A stretch of 64,000 bases of DNA, taken from positions 124,001-188,000 of the forward strand of contig JAPETS010000020.1 of the NCBI GenBank assembly GCA_026023565.1, given 5' to 3'. How positions within the stretch are numbered: position 1 is the stretch's first letter; each line of letters opens with the position of its first letter. Of this stretch, positions 48,751-63,424 are shown piece by piece. The position numbers were made by a program, and so were the translations under genes. The stretch comes from Cirrosporium novae-zelandiae. Taxonomy: Eukaryota. The notes below the pieces were generated by a model. The model was given only the letters and a program-made list of their open reading frames with translations, did no database searches and had not been told where the DNA came from.

Positions 48751-50539
48751 CAACGGACTACCCTCCCAAAGGCCACTTTAGTCTAAGTCGAACTTCGGCA
48801 CAATCATCCGCCCATGCCGCCAAAACGAACGACGGGGAACAAAAGAAATGTGCCGGTTTATCATCAGTTTTCTACCAATTTGTCTACGGAGGTATGACTC
48901 CCTAGGTAGATATCACTTGCCAAAAAAACTCAATCATCAACATACTCCTCAACCCAAGCCTCACCAAGGAAAAGAACAAAAAGGTTAAAGAAAGCTCAGA
49001 TATATACCATGACCACATTTAACATTGAACAAATTCATCATGTTTTTTGAAAAGAAAAGAAAAAGATTTTTAACAAGCACTACCAAGCACCGACAAGCAA
49101 ATACGACATCTCAATTTCAATCAATTGCTCTTGTTTTCTCCTGATACGGCCATGCATCCACCCACACCCCCTTCTCTTACATTGGATAGAAATAAACTTA
49201 GCATTTGTAGTCTAACCATGTGGAGATGAATTCTGCAAACTGGAGGCTCCATCCCCTTGGAAGTTCGTACAGTTGGTGCAGTTGACTGTAGATCAGGTAA
49301 ATCAGGAGTACGCAGGATGCCATCATGTGCCAGTGCACCAGGGGTTCATCAAGCACCTAAGGCATATAAGAAGCTACACCAACCTGCACGACCTACTGGT
49401 CCGTGACTTCAAATATGGTATATGTAGCCCCCCCAGAAATGTTCGTAATACCTATACGCCCACCCCACTAATAATAATAATAATGAAACCAGCCTTTATT
49501 TTTCTACTACCAAAGAAACCATTTCAGCTACCAAGCCTGTGGAGAAAAACAAGAGCAATGCATTGGATTGGTGAATTACGACCATAATTTTCCGAATACG
49601 AATCTATCTTTGTAAAGATTTGAATCTCCCCCTAACCTCTTTTACAAATCGTCACGATACAAGTTTGAGGTTCTGTCAAAATATGTTTGATTGGAATGAA
49701 TGCTCATCACTACTTTTCATGGGTATGCTTGTAATTTTGGGGGGGGGGAAGACCTTCAGTGAAATGAGGTTAGTAGAAGACTTTCACCGTAAGATGAGTG
49801 GTGTGACGATTCAAAAAGCTATCAAGCAGTTGACATTGAGGCTGCATTGAATTCTAATGGTTGAAGCTGACGTCTATCAATATCGTGGAGTCCATGTCGT
49901 AGATGACCGGGAAGGATGATGGAAGGAAGAAAGGAAGGAATGGAAAGAATTCGGAAGGAGAATAGAAAGAATAAGCGTGATTGTCGCTGATTGAGATTTT
50001 CTGGAAGAAAGACTGTTCCTGCTTCTGATAGACTATTGCGCTTTACGGTTTTTATCCGATCGGCATGCAAAGTCTGTTGAAACGAGGGCCAGTCATGATG
50101 ATGGGAAATGGCAGATATTATTTGTGTGGGTATTTACTTTGCCATGACCATTTGCAGCAGCGAAGAATCAACCCCGCTTCCTCGTGGCATCCATATGCAT
50201 CCAAGAAGTTTATTCTTCCGAGACTTTTTGATCATCTTTAATTATTTTGATCATCTTGATCATCATGGTCCGAAGGAGTAAGTATTTATTCTATGGCGAA
50301 AAGAGGTAGTCAATGGCGTCTATGTGAGACATGGGGTAACATTAAATATTTGGGTATCAAAAGCTTGAAGGCTTGAAAGCGCAATTGTTGTATCATTGAT
50401 TTATTAGGAATATGCGTAACCACATGTAGATGATGGTTGTTTGGTTATCAGGAGACGCTCGGTGGCCTTTTTGGCAAAATAATAAGGAAAATGGGGAGTT
50501 TTGAACCGAAATAGCCCTTTGGATTACCTACCGTGTGTG

Positions 50540-50634
50540 TGGTACTTGCCGTATGGTACTTGCCGAGTAAGATGGTACTTGCCGGGGATGTTAAAAAGGT
50601 CGCCGTCTGGTAGTGGTGGTAGTGGTACTTGCCG
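50540..50634. repeat. Four copies of the 12-mer TGGTACTTGCCG
   Basis: Exact copies at 50540, 50554, 50573 and 50623. Confidence 0.9.
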
Positions 50635-52040
50635 TGGTAGTACAGTACCTTACCTCACCTTACCTCACCTTACCTCCAAGGGGGAACCAAGTTGACCAAT
50701 TGCGCACAGATACATATTGGCGTAGAATAAGCTCTGAAAAATGCAAAAAGAGGTAAAGACAAAAAAAAAAGAAAAAGAGAAAGAAAAAAACAACAACAAT
50801 AGACTACTCGAGTACCTAGGCAATTATTATTATTATTATTAGGGTCCTTGGGGTCTTAGGTCTTGGTCTCTTTTTCCATTTTCTCCTCCTAGACTTTACA
50901 CACACATCAAGTAATTAGCTATTATTCTAAGACACACAAAGACCAAAGGGAAAAAGGTCTATCAGCTATCTCGTCCTAAAATAAAATAAAGTAGGAAATT
51001 GAGAAAGTTGTCTGCCGATGTTTTCTTTTTTCTCCAGATTGATCAATGATTTTTTCCTTCTAACCATGCTAAGAAGTGACCTGCGACCTTCTCCGGACCT
51101 GGCCTCGGAACTTGGTCCTTTGAAGTCGAGAAAGCGAGCAAGACAAGTCTCGTCCATGTGTTTTATTCTCTTTCTCTCTTGATCCTCGCATCCTTCGCCA
51201 TTCACGGAGGGAGGGTTGGAAATAGGGTTTGGGGATCTTTGGGTCTTTGGAGTCTTGACGCCTTATCAAGGGCTTAGGTGAGAGATAGTGAGCGATGGGG
51301 GCTGAATGGGAAATCCTTGGGCGTTCCTGAAAACGGGTCTGGTGAATGCAAAGGCCTATCAGGATATCATCTACTTATCTCTAAAAATCATGGTTGATTT
51401 TAGACTGAGACCTACCGAGACTTTATTTCCAAGCGATTCCATATTTTGATCTGATAGTGAATTCTTTCTGCGTTAAATCCACATAGCACATCCCAATTCG
51501 TCCTCGATTCGCTTCATTTGGTATCTAGTTCAAGGCCAGAACTGCTGTCAAACCTGCCCTGAAGTGTTATGCTGGTTAATTATGACAGGAAAAAAATATG
51601 TCTTTTCTTTCTTTCCCACAGGCTGAGCCCCCCATGAGCCTCCTCGCCCTATCGTGCATCGCCTTAATTCGCCCATCCTTTTGTTAAAAAAATTTACTTT
51701 CGCGCTGTTGTTCGTCCAGCTGAAGATGCGCCAAAACAAGTCTGACCTGCTAAGCAGTAGGCTCGCTTTTTTTCTCCGATGATGACAGGGGATGGTGCTT
51801 TACAAATATAACTTCTACCTTTACGCCCCAGGCGTCTAGTCTTATTAACCTTTCTTAACCTGTGCCTGTGTCGAACCTATTCATCTCTCCTCTCCTTCCT
51901 GATCACTGTTGCATTGTTACACATCTACCCTCTCATGTTAACATCTCGAGAAGAAGACGAAAACAGGCGATTGGGCTCTATTGTTATATCATTCAAGTAT
52001 TATTTAAGCATAAAGATTGCATCTCCTGTGTAGCTGCGCC

Positions 52041-54159
52041 ATGGTTAGGTCTCGTCCTGCAACAGCAGACCAGGTATGTACCTATCCTTGTGCTTTTTAC
52101 CCTTAAGCTCTGGTCCCTTTCCAAATCAAAGATTCCACCCCACAACACCAACATCATCATCAGAACCCCAAATTGATGACCTCTCCAGGAAACCCTCCGC
52201 CATCATCGTCAGGCCCTCCAAGCCCTTGATGCTGTGCAGTACCGTCGCGTCAAAAGCGCAGGTAACGATTCAGCCAAGGCCAATGTTCCACGGATTTTGG
52301 TAGAAGATACCGGAGGAGACGGCTGTGTTCCCCAATTTGCCGCCGTTTCTTTCGCAGAGACTGGATCGGCAAATGACGAGACGTCCAAAAGGCCCGTGAA
52401 CAGGCTTTCCTGGAGTTACAGCTTTCCTGCGGAACAGGAAAAGTCGTCGTGGAAGGAAAGCGAGACGTATCAAGAGAAATACAAGGGCCTGCCTCTGGAG
52501 GACGCGGTGCGAAAGATCATGCAGGGCAACGGGGCTGCAGAGGTATCCAACGTCAGGGTCATCCGGGAAAACCAATGGAGAAGAAGTGTCCGAAACACGG
52601 CGGACACGGGGTCCCGAAACGCATTGAAGGAACGTCACAAGCGGAGGAGCCTGCGATTCAAGTCACAGGAAAGCCGATTGCACACCATATTCGACGATGA
52701 GCATCTCTCTCAAAAATACTCACTAGAGGAGATGCGGTCGCAGGACAATCCCCTAGGATCAGCCCCCAACCCCGCAGACCTCGAAAGACTGCTCGTGCAC
52801 GCCGAAGAGGAGCTCCGCCTCCGCGAACGGAGAACCCCTAGCTCATCCACCAACAACTCGGACGACGAAACCGTCCAGGGCAGCACCAAGAGCAGCTTCG
52901 AAAAGAAAAAAGAAGGCCTTGACACGCCTTCTTCCTCCAAGTCACCCTCCGAGCAAGCCGTTAAAACCCCAAATGAAGCCTCCCCGACAGATCCAAACCA
53001 CTGTCCCACACACACGCCCATCCAACCATCGTCCGATTCTCCAGCCACCCGCTCCAAAGACTTTGACCCACTAATTCTCATCCACCGCCTGCAACTTCTC
53101 CAACGCCACCCCGACCCTCCACAGCCACACCACCAACAGGCCCCCTCACCATCGCACTCCCTAATCTACTCCCTAGACAGCTCTACTGGAACCCTAGAGG
53201 ACGATATCAACCTCCTCACCCCCCCGACGACAACGATACGACCAAAAACCCCCAAACGCGTAAACTCTGTCCGCTTCAGCGAAACGCACGAAATAATCAC
53301 CAAATCCAAACTCAAAAACCGACCCCGCCCCCTAAGCTTCGCAAAACCCTCTCTCTCCTCCCTACGCCACATAAAACAGGGACCCAAAACGGCGCCCCTC
53401 CTCACCTCCAAAACCTGCCCGGACCTCTCCCTCCCCTCACCCCCACTCACTCCACAGCTACCCCAAACAAGACAACAAAAAACAAAAACAACCCCACCAC
53501 CCTTACCACCCTTACCCACCTCCTTCCCCTTCCCCCACTACCCACACCCACATCCCCTACGCGCAAACACAACGCGTCCCACCTCGCGGCCCCCATCCTT
53601 CTCAGCCACAATCCTCGAAGCAAGCACGTTCGCCCAAGCGCGTTCAAAAGAAAAAGAGGCTGAAGCCTCCGGAATGGTCTGGAGACAATTCTCCCCTCCT
53701 ATCCGTGATGATAATGGAACCAAGAAATTTGTTCCTTCGAGTCTTGAATCGGATGATGAAGAAGACGAGTACGATAATAATAATAATAATAATAATAGTA
53801 ATAGGAGGAGTAAAGCTGTCGGTGCACCCGTGGCAGAGGGGTGGGTGGAACGGCACGACTGGAAAGCGGAAGACGATGGGGATGTGGAGAAGAGTCTAGG
53901 GTCGGGATTTGGTTCCGGAGTAGGGGTGGGGGCGGACGGGGACGATGAGACGATCCGCAGGGAGAAGGGGTGGCGGAGGTGGCTAGGCAAGGTTAAAGGG
54001 AAAGAAAAGGAAAAAGAAAAGGACACCCCCTGCAGCCACCACCACAACCACAGCCCCAACAACAATAAAAAAAACAGAAAATCTTTCCTAAAACGGGTTT
54101 TGACGTCTACGTCGCTGTCAACAACCATCAGCTCCACCTCGTTGGCGGGGAAGGTGTGA
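52041..54159 (+). CDS. Hypothetical disordered Pro/Ser/basic-rich protein
   Basis: Exon 1 52041-52073 (MVRSRPATADQ), intron 52074-52188 (GTATGT...CAG), exon 2 in frame with the 641-codon ORF; poly-Asn tract; no recognisable domain. Confidence 0.7.
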
Positions 54160-56658
54160 TTGACCTTTTTACTTATTATTTCATGTTAGATGTGTATATC
54201 GTACACAGATGTGAAATCTGATGGCATTGGATCAACACAAACAACACAGAAACACCACAGACAGACAGACAGCATGAGGCTAGGATCGGATTGGATCGGA
54301 TTGGACCGGATTGAAAAGGCACAGGCATAGGCACAGGCACAGGACTTTTTTTTGTAAGGATGGGGAGAGGGGTTTCGGTTGAATTTTTGGTTTAACCATG
54401 ATACCATGACACTCGTTTATATAGTATATATTGTATACTAATGTATTTACTTGACTATCTGCTCTACTCAGTCTAAAGCAAACCCCAATTCAGCTCAGGT
54501 CAACCCAATTCAACTCAGTTACACATTATAATGAAGCAGTAACGAACGCAACCAACCTGACCGACCTACTGTAGAGAGTTGGACAACAACAATAGCGACA
54601 AAGAAAACCGAGAGTTGGAGTTGGAGTTGGAGTTGGGTTACTACTCTTCACTCTTCACTTTTTCACCAAATATCAAATTGCCTCCCCAATTCCCACCTCT
54701 TCTTATATATACCAAAAGAGAGCCAAAAGAGAACCAAATCCCAATTTTTTTCCCCCCTATCCTTACTAAAAAAAATCAAAAGCCAACATCCCACCTCCCA
54801 ACACCTTAACCATCTCAATAATTATCCAATTCCATCCAATTATCCAATCCTATCCAACCACCTCCACTCGAGTAGGCCAGGTTAAGCCAGTTACGTTACG
54901 TTTACACTTTATATTATTTCTGTAAAAGAGAGGGTAGCTGCACAATTCGGGGGAAGAAGAAAAAAAGATCAAAAGTTAAATTGTGAGAGAAGAGAAGAGA
55001 AGAGGGGCATAGATTATAGATAACCCCGTGAGAAAAGAGGAAGAAGAAGAGGGGGGACTGGCTGGCTGGCTGGCTTCTCCTATAGATATGTATATATATT
55101 TTACTTGTTTGTATAAGATATAAAATTCCTCCTTTCTCGAAAAACCCAAGAAAAATAATCATTTAATCAATCAATCAATCAAATTCCTAATCAAACTCTT
55201 ACTCTTTTTTTTATTATTCAATGTTCAAATTAGTTAATCAGTTAATTATCTACTCTCCCTCCTCCCTACTACTTACTTACTTATTGTAGGATAAACTACT
55301 TAGATAGGCTTTTTTTTTTATTTATTGTTGAGTTGGGGATGGGTAGATGGGTTATAGTTATTTTGGTATGATATTATGGATATATGGTAGGGTGTGTGGT
55401 AAGAGTGGGAAGAGGAATGAACGAATAAATAAAAGGTTTGGGGTTTTGGTGTTTTAGGGGGGTGGAAATATATATACCTAGGTACAGTACTTTTGAAAGT
55501 AAGATATTCCTTTAATTCCTTAATTGGCCGGGGGGGATCTTGCTGGATTGGTGGTTATAGTTAGTATGTTGGTATGTTTGGTATGTTGGGTAGGTAAGTT
55601 GATAAGGTTATAGTAATTATATGGGGGTTTAAACTTTAAACCCACACTCTGCGCCATAATTTCTTTTTTTTGTTTTTTCTGTTGCTATTGCTATTGCTGT
55701 GGATGGGATTGAGACTTGGGGATGTATGCATATGTTTATATTTGTATGAGTATAAGTATGAGTACGTGTACTCAGTATAAGCATGAATATGAATTCATTA
55801 AATAACAGTGAACAAATAAATAAATAACGGTATCATTGATATATATATATATATATATACATGATAGAACATATATCCCCCCTCTGCCCCCTGTCCCCTC
55901 CTCCCCCCACATCCCCTTTAGTAACCAACCAACTAATTAGTCTAACTAACAAAATAACCCTCTACATCTCCCTCTCTTTATCTCCCTCTCCCTCCTACTC
56001 ACCCACCCACTCACTCACTCACTCACTTCCCACCTCCCATCCACTCACTCACCAGGCAATATAATCTCCCTATCCCCCCCCCCTTCTACATCCTTAAAAG
56101 GCTACCATAACCAAATAACCAAACAACATAACCAAATAGCATAAACAACATAAACAAACCCACTTAAGGCTCAAAAAAAAAGCATCGATAATCATACTAA
56201 CCCCCCCCCCCCGACCCCTTTCCCCTTCCCCTTGTCAGGGTCGTAAATTCCTTATACCTTGTGCCTTGCGATCATTAATGATAGGGGCAAGTTATTGAAT
56301 GAGAAATGAACTAAATGAAATGACATAAAATAAAATAAGATAGAGGGTGGGTTGTAGTGACTGACTGATTGATTGAGTAATTGATTAATAAAACTAATAC
56401 CTCCAAACTGTCCTATCATTAGGCGTGCTATATGATACAGATGGAAACCAGTTATATTTTCTACAAAAAAAAATAAGTGAATCTCATGCATTTTAATTTA
56501 CTACTAGTAAGTTACATCACCGCAGAATTAGAAAACGAATCTGCACCATAAAAAAAAACGTGCAAACTACCCCCTCCCCCAACCCTCTCCAGTTCAGCCT
56601 ACTTAACATAAACACCAAAGAAAGAAACCAGGCTAGAAAAGAAAAGAAGAGAAAAAGT

Positions 56659-57866
56659 TCACTTAGGAACTAACCACAAGCTGAGACCCCCCTGCTCGGA
56701 GGAAAAAGATTCTAGACTCGACCTCGTCACATAGCTCTTGAGGTTATTCAAAAACAGCGCCACATTTTCCATCAGCAAGCAGCACTTGACATCCTTTTTA
56801 TCATGACAAATGCCGGGCACGACCGGATTCTTCATATTTCGTAAGCCTTTCACGAGCTCATTAATGCAGAAGCCAGTGAATGGGGCCTCCGGTCGTGGAA
56901 AGCCCAGTCCTAGCGGTTTCATTGCTTTGAGGAGGGCACCTAGCATCAACGAGGTGCATGCGAACGAGTGTCCTATCTTTTTGCCTTGCAGCTCTTCAAC
57001 GAGGTCATAGAGGGCCGAAACAAGCTGGCGTATTGCTTCTTGCCTGTGTTTTTCGATATTATCTATCATATATAAAATTAGCAAACGAGCATGACTTTCA
57101 GGGAGGGACATCGGCTCTTAATAGTAGAAGATGCTGTGTGGCCAAAGGGCGAATAATACTAACCAACGATCCAATCTGGAATCAAAAGTCCAAATGTGTC
57201 AATTGGGCCAGTGCTTTGGTATTGTAGAAACCGTCTCATGATGTTGAACTTGTCCAGTTTACGGAAGACCCAACAAACATAAAGCCATCCCGTGACATCT
57301 GGCAAGCATGTATCAATGGGTCTTGCCAAGCCCTTAATCCAGATGTCCGAATACAATTCTATCACCTCGCGGCACTCAAAGTTATCAACTAGAATAGCGA
57401 CATCTGTGAACGTCTCAAAATCTATCCACTGTGGAACACCCCTCGGATAACCGTGGATAATGTTCAATAGGATGACCAAGGCACTGGCATTTTCGTCGCT
57501 AGAAAGCTCTATCTCGATATAGCCTTTGGTTTTGATAGTATTAGCGTTCGCCGGAGAAGAGAGAATTCTACTAAAGTAGTGAGATGCGAGGGTCAGATGT
57601 TTTAACGAAGCTCGCATGCGGATCGTGTTTAAAGTTGTACTATCGTGAGTTGGCGTAGGAACATCTTCAGGTGCAGATGCCTCGTCAGCTATAGCCACTT
57701 CTCCATCATCTGCATGTGCTGCCTCAGCTGCGGATGCTTCCACAATATTTTCATCCTTAATCGGCGGTGCTTGGATTTCAAGATCGGAAGTCTCAGAGAC
57801 TTCATACTTGCTGTCGAGGGAGAAGATGACTTCTCCCTTTGGATCGAATTCATAATACCTCTTCAT
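56659..57866 (-). CDS. BTB/POZ-domain protein
   Basis: Exons 57866-57164 and 57062-56659. FDPKGEVIF...RASLKHLTLASHYF...ALVILLNIIHG...VAILVDNFEC; C-terminal CTSLMLGALLK typical of fungal BTB proteins. Confidence 0.85.
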
Positions 57867-58822
57867 TTTAGTACTATTTCAGCGAAACCACGATTATAAA
57901 GTGAGGATCTCTTTTCTTTTCTCCGATGAGAAGTGTAGATCCTCGAAAGCTAACCGCACGGGTACGGAACAAGTGGTGAAAAAGTTGTATATGTAAGAGA
58001 CCAGTTGCAATACAAGATAAAACTCGTGAAAGGGAGAATATTGGTGAATGTCTGAAGTCAATAATGAAATAAAATGGGAGGCCTTGTGTGATACGGCAAG
58101 GCTTTTAACATTAGTAGATAGAAAGAAAGGAGGCAAAAACAGTAGTTACTTTGCTGCTCCGCACTTACTTTCGGATAATACTACGAGGAATGAGTGAACG
58201 AACCATTTACCCCTCATAAAGATGCTCTTCCCTGAAACATATGAAAAAAGTATTCGACTTGAGAAGCGAAGCCCACTCAGGAAAGAGTGTACTGGTCTCA
58301 TTAATGGTAGACATGGTCTTGAATATTCTCAAGACCACGGCCCGGCTAGGAAATCGGCCACCGTTGAGCAGGAGAACTTGTCACTTGCAGAAGGACAGGT
58401 AAATGAAATACAGGATGATGCCGAGAGGCTTTTTCGCAAAACCTACATGCATGATACTGTGCTAGATGTTGAGGGGGTAACACGATCACGTGACACACTA
58501 TTTAGCTATCCCTACATAAAGCATCTATATGTTTTATGAGTCATGTTGTATGAATAAAATTTGGATCATGTGTCTAACTTTGTCGACAGTATGAGCTTTG
58601 AGGGAGAAGGGAAAAAAGAACCTTCATGATTTTCCTTCAGCTTTAATTTATCGTAAAATTAGGTCTACTATAATGGATCTACATGTTCTGTTCTTCAATT
58701 TCTCGTTCTTCCGTGGATGACATGAAATAGCACACGACTAGATACCTAATATCTATCTCTATTCTATTCTTTGCTTACTTGATTGCTTCCTTGCTCACGT
58801 ATGGGCCTACTAACTCATCAGT

Positions 58823-60991
58823 CTACCGTCTAAGTAACTTCCTCGTATCCTCCACCGCCGTCCTCGCAATCCTCTTCAACACGCTCTTCTCATCCGCCTC
58901 TCGGTACCGCTCCCAACTGCCCAGATCCTCCTTCGCCTGTATGCTCAGCGTCTCGTAGCCCTTCCGGATGACCCTCTGCACCTCCCTGGGAGTCAATATG
59001 CTCTTATCCTTGGCGGATTCCGATTCTAGCAGGTCGTGATAGTGCTTGCTGACGTTGATCATGGTTTCGATGTTGGATGACGATGATGCGTCGGTATTGT
59101 TGGATTTGTCGGAGAGCTTGTAGTCGTCTCGGAATTTAGTGAGGATGGGCCCCGTCTCGACGATTTTGTAGAAGAGGTCGTCGTAGGAGGCCGAGTCTGG
59201 GAGGAAGGCTTCGCCGCTGTTTAGTGCGAGTGCAATAATGCCGATGAGGGGGTTGAGCAAGTTACGGAGGTTGTGAGCTAGGGCTAGGTCCGATGAATAT
59301 GTGGACATGAATTTTATGAAGGAGAGGAGGCTGCGCCATAGTTCAGACCAGTGGTAGTTGAGACGTGTGCGAGAGCGGGAGAGGGCGGTTAGGAGGCGGA
59401 GGATGAGGGATACACATGATATGTATAGGTCAACGTCTAAATGGCGTCGGAGGTTGTGGTTTATTGTGTCAATCATCATATCAAGGATAATTGTTGCCGG
59501 CACCCTATCTGCATTGGAAATTGGCAAATATGGTTGTCGCTGCCGACACAAACGAACCGTGGTCTTGTTTTCATCGCTACAGATGCGTTTACAAATTGCT
59601 GGATCCTCGACAAGGATCCGTAAGATTATCAGGTTGAGGTACCCGTAGAGAGACGCTCGAGTGGATCGGTAGGCGTGCTGAAGCAGATATGATGTAAAGG
59701 AAAGGAAACTATTCAGAGGCGGCTCTTCCCCTTTATTTTCAGGCTGCAATGTTGCGAGATTGAAGCAGAAGAGCTTGTTCGCATTGACGAAATCATATGT
59801 GGCTAGCATTATCGCGACGTCCGCCTCTGGGAGAGCTGCAAATAGCGCCTTTGCATCCTCTGGGCTAGGCGGTTGAGGTTTTGATGCAGCTCCTGGGGAA
59901 ATATATCCGAGACTCAAAAAGGATATTGTGCTAGAGAGAGTCCACCCTTCTGGGAGATCTTCTTGAATAGCAACATATTGATTGCGTAGTCTAGAACATA
60001 GGACGCCTACAGTCCGTATGATTTTCTGAATTGTGGCTTCGTTGACGAAATCATCCAAGCGCAAACGATAGGGATTCTGAAACTCGAACTTGTTGTAGTT
60101 GGCAAGTAGGCCAAGGAGAAGAAAGGGCTGGAGTGATTGATCAGGGGTATCACAATCATGAATAAACTAGATAGAGTAAGACATATTTCTCAAATTTGGA
60201 GCTGAATGAAGGGCGGACCTTCATAAGAGATGGGAATAGATCACGGTGGGTGAAATAAGAAACCAAGCTAGTTTGGTATGCCCCAGAAGTCATGGAAAGG
60301 GCAACTTCAATGGCTTTTTGGCGTAATTCCACTAAAAGGTATGAGCGGTATGGACAAGGCAATCTGACTAGCCAACTCACAGCTTGACCCTCCACGAATA
60401 ACCACATCCAAAGCATTTATAAAGTCTGTCACGACGAGGTCGACCTCGTCAAAACCCCCCAGGAGGGCAATAATATCAGAGTTTGGATTGGTGTATCTCT
60501 TGTTCAGTATGCCATTTAAGAAAATTGTTAAAGTCTATTATAGCTTGTAAGTCTAGTGTTCATTGAGATATGGAGTCCTGGGTGATATACTTCAAGAGAA
60601 TACTGGTCCGCAGGTGCTTTGCCGGCTTTGAAATGTTGGATGGAGCGGATGAATAGGTCTGTCGTTTGAGCCTTTGTTCTATTAACCCCCTAGCCAACGA
60701 CGAGACAACAAAGGGCGACGGAGAGAAATATACCTGGATCTGGAGAAGGTCTTCGGGATTTAGGTCTTCTAATACGGTCTGTAGATGTGCCTTGTCCGGG
60801 CGGAGGAGGAAAAACTCGGCCCAGAAGCCCTCAGACAGGTAAGGTTCGACATCATGCTAATTAGCCTTGTCAATACAGAATGAAGCACATATATTAGAGT
60901 GGCTTACTCTGAATAAGACTTCATATAGCTGTACGACCTTGGGCTGGAAAGATTCGGGCCTAGCTTGCTGGGTTAATGGGGAGGCTTCCAT
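58823..60991 (-). CDS. DUF1741 / ARMH3 (C10orf76)-like armadillo-repeat protein
   Basis: Multi-exon gene starting MEASPLTQQARPESFQPKVVQLYE; motifs FWAEFFLLRP, YFTHRDLFPSL, LANYNKFE, LCRQR and YHWSELWRSL...YDDLFYK. Confidence 0.85.
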
Positions 60992-61655
60992 ATCAGTTAG
61001 TCGAGGTTGTTATGGGTCCGAGGGTCTAGTGTTCCAAAAGATAGCCAATGATTGAATAGTTGGCCTTAATAGAATCATTATGTCGGTTCCATTGAGAACT
61101 GAAGGACAAGACACATAAAATAAGCTAGGTAGTTACAAGATACAGAACAAAATAGATAGAATACTTGTCCCTCTCATTTGCTTCTCCACTGGTTCTCCAC
61201 CGCTGACTGATGTGCAGTTGTGCCACTGTGCTTTTTGGTTGTGAAACAATTTCAGCCACAGCCGCGTAAGCGCCCGTTTGTAACGCAAAGATCAATCTGA
61301 TCGAAAATCCTTGAATCATAGGGCTAGCCCTATAATGCCAGTAATCGGACAATTTTACGAATAGCTACAAAGTATCGTACAACCCCATGAATTCCATGAT
61401 GGCCAATACCTAATGCATGCATAATTGATGCTGAGATTTTCATCTGCAAATACGTATTTCTTATAAAAAACTTTTAAGCTCCTACATGAGATGGAGATCC
61501 GTCATCCTTAATAAGCGAGTTGAATAAATCTTTTGCTGATGTTGGTCGTCTTTTCCCACGATTGGCTAGATTGATATCAAGGAGAGGGCATTATTAACAA
61601 ACTAGGGATTCATAAAATGGTCGTTATTGGAGAAAAGCAGCAGAATGGGAATGCT

Positions 61656-63424
61656 TTATCCGACGCATATGTTGATATTACGCCTTTTCATCATCATCTC
61701 TATCCCGTACGGACCATAGCTTTCCCCGCTTTTATCTTCCCATACCCACTTCAAGATTTCTTTCATGCGGAAACAAACGAACATTAGGTGCGGCGTCTTA
61801 TCTAGCGCTCTGAAAATATATTCTCGTTGCTTCGGTTGACGCATACACGAACCTGCGGTGATCACGGGCCACATCATAGTCGTCCAGATCGAAGTATTGG
61901 GAGGAAGGGCTAAGAAAAATTTTAAAAAATCCGAAATGCATGGCTCTACTTTTGCTAGAAGGTCCGCGTCAGGAGGTTTGGGACCATGAAAAGACGTGTA
62001 AAGGAAAGCGAGAATAGCTTGTTGATAAATACGGCCAGCGAGTGCAAAATAGTTCTCTTCAGGCCGCATGCTATCGTCTCTTGAGTAGTCCCAGCTTCGA
62101 ATTTTGTCTTCGAGGAGCCTTAATTGGGCAATGCTCTCGAAAGATGAGATACCTTCTTCGTTTTCTCGGAGTCGCTGGTTAGCTAGCATTGATATGCGAG
62201 GAATGAGTTCAAACAGCTGATGTGCACATCCAAACATGGTTCCATAAATGTTGGAATCGCGATTGATTGATTCGAGGGAAAATACTAGAGGGTCGAAGGC
62301 GACTTCTCTATCTTGAAAGTCTACCCTCAATGTGATCTTGGCTACAATTGTCAAAAAGGCGTATTGCTCGAGAAGAAAACCATGTAGATTTTGGTCGACG
62401 GGATGTTTGGATTTTTGTAACTTGAGTAAGAGCTCTCGACTGGCTCGGAGATGATGATACAGTTCGCCGTGGATCTTGCCGTCAATACACTTTGAGATAT
62501 TATTATTAGCGTCCCGAATTTTCTTATGTCCCAGTGTTATCAAGAATCGCGACTGACCTCAAATTGACAGAGCAGTAAAGTTGTAACAAGCAACTTCAGC
62601 ACATCAGATGATTCCCCATTTGCGTATTTGGTCAATTCATGTTTCACACTACGTAGGGCAACAGCATAATGAGATCGCATCAAATGTTCTACACTTGGGT
62701 TGTGGACCATAAGATGTGTTCCGCTGATTGCGAGGACGGTCTGCATTATTTTATCATCAGAGAGAGCAAGGGGTAGAATGTATGTGATGTAGGGGTTTTC
62801 GGGGTAGACCCGACCCGAAATGCGAGGTGCTGTTATCTGGACGTAATGTTGAAGAAGGAAACGGGAGCCAGAGTGATCCAGAGCTTTCAATGTCAAGGCC
62901 ATCGATATATATGGATCAATTGCCTGATTGATGCAATTGAATGATCGAGGGCCATGAAATAAAACATCGTTGCCTTCTGAGGGGGGGAGCTCCAAGAAAC
63001 AAGAATCCACAAAAGGTTCTCCATAACTTATCGATGATAACCTATCAGAAGTTGAACTTGGATCTGGAAATAAGAGTTGGTTGCAGACAATCTCCTCATC
63101 GACATGGGTATCATTAAAATCCAACTTAAAATTATCAGAACTTCCATTATTCAGGTTTGCACTATCCCGAGCGTTATGTACTATCAAAGGATATTTTTGA
63201 TGATTTGAATGCCGCTGCTTTTGTCGTCCACATTTGGGGGGAATTCCATTGACATCGGAAGGCCAGGAGCAAATCAAACCATTGCGTATGCAGCCAGCGC
63301 AAGAAGGCTTCTGCTCATCGCACTTCTTACGTCGCAATCTGCATATCAGACAACCAGTCTTGGTCCGAAGTACTGGACGCCTTCGGGGTTGTTGTTGTGA
63401 TGTACCAGCAATCCTTTCCCTCAT
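61656..63424 (-). CDS. Zn(II)2Cys6 transcription factor with Fungal_trans_2 domain
   Basis: RTKTGCLICRLRRKKCDEQKPSCAGCIRNGLIC; intron 62557-62490 (GTCAGT...GCTAAT...AAG); C-terminal MMWPVITAGSC. Confidence 0.92.

Noticed and set aside
50540..50634. Spaced direct repeats as a CRISPR-like array
   Set aside because: Repeats are only 12 bp, spacers are 2-38 bp and irregular, the genome is fungal and there are no cas genes.
53166..54137. Several long antisense ORFs over the hypothetical gene (also 17689-18150, 31387-31824, 45124-45729)
   Set aside because: Shadow frames of compositionally biased coding sequence with no independent motifs.
54180..56600. AT-rich, repeat-dense 2.4-kb spacer as a possible RIP-degraded transposon
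   Set aside because: Made of assorted microsatellites and homopolymers; no terminal repeats, TSD or transposase/RT remnants seen.
58222..58539. 105-aa ATG ORF between the BTB and ARMH3 genes
   Set aside because: No recognisable motif or splice support; cannot be distinguished from a chance ORF.
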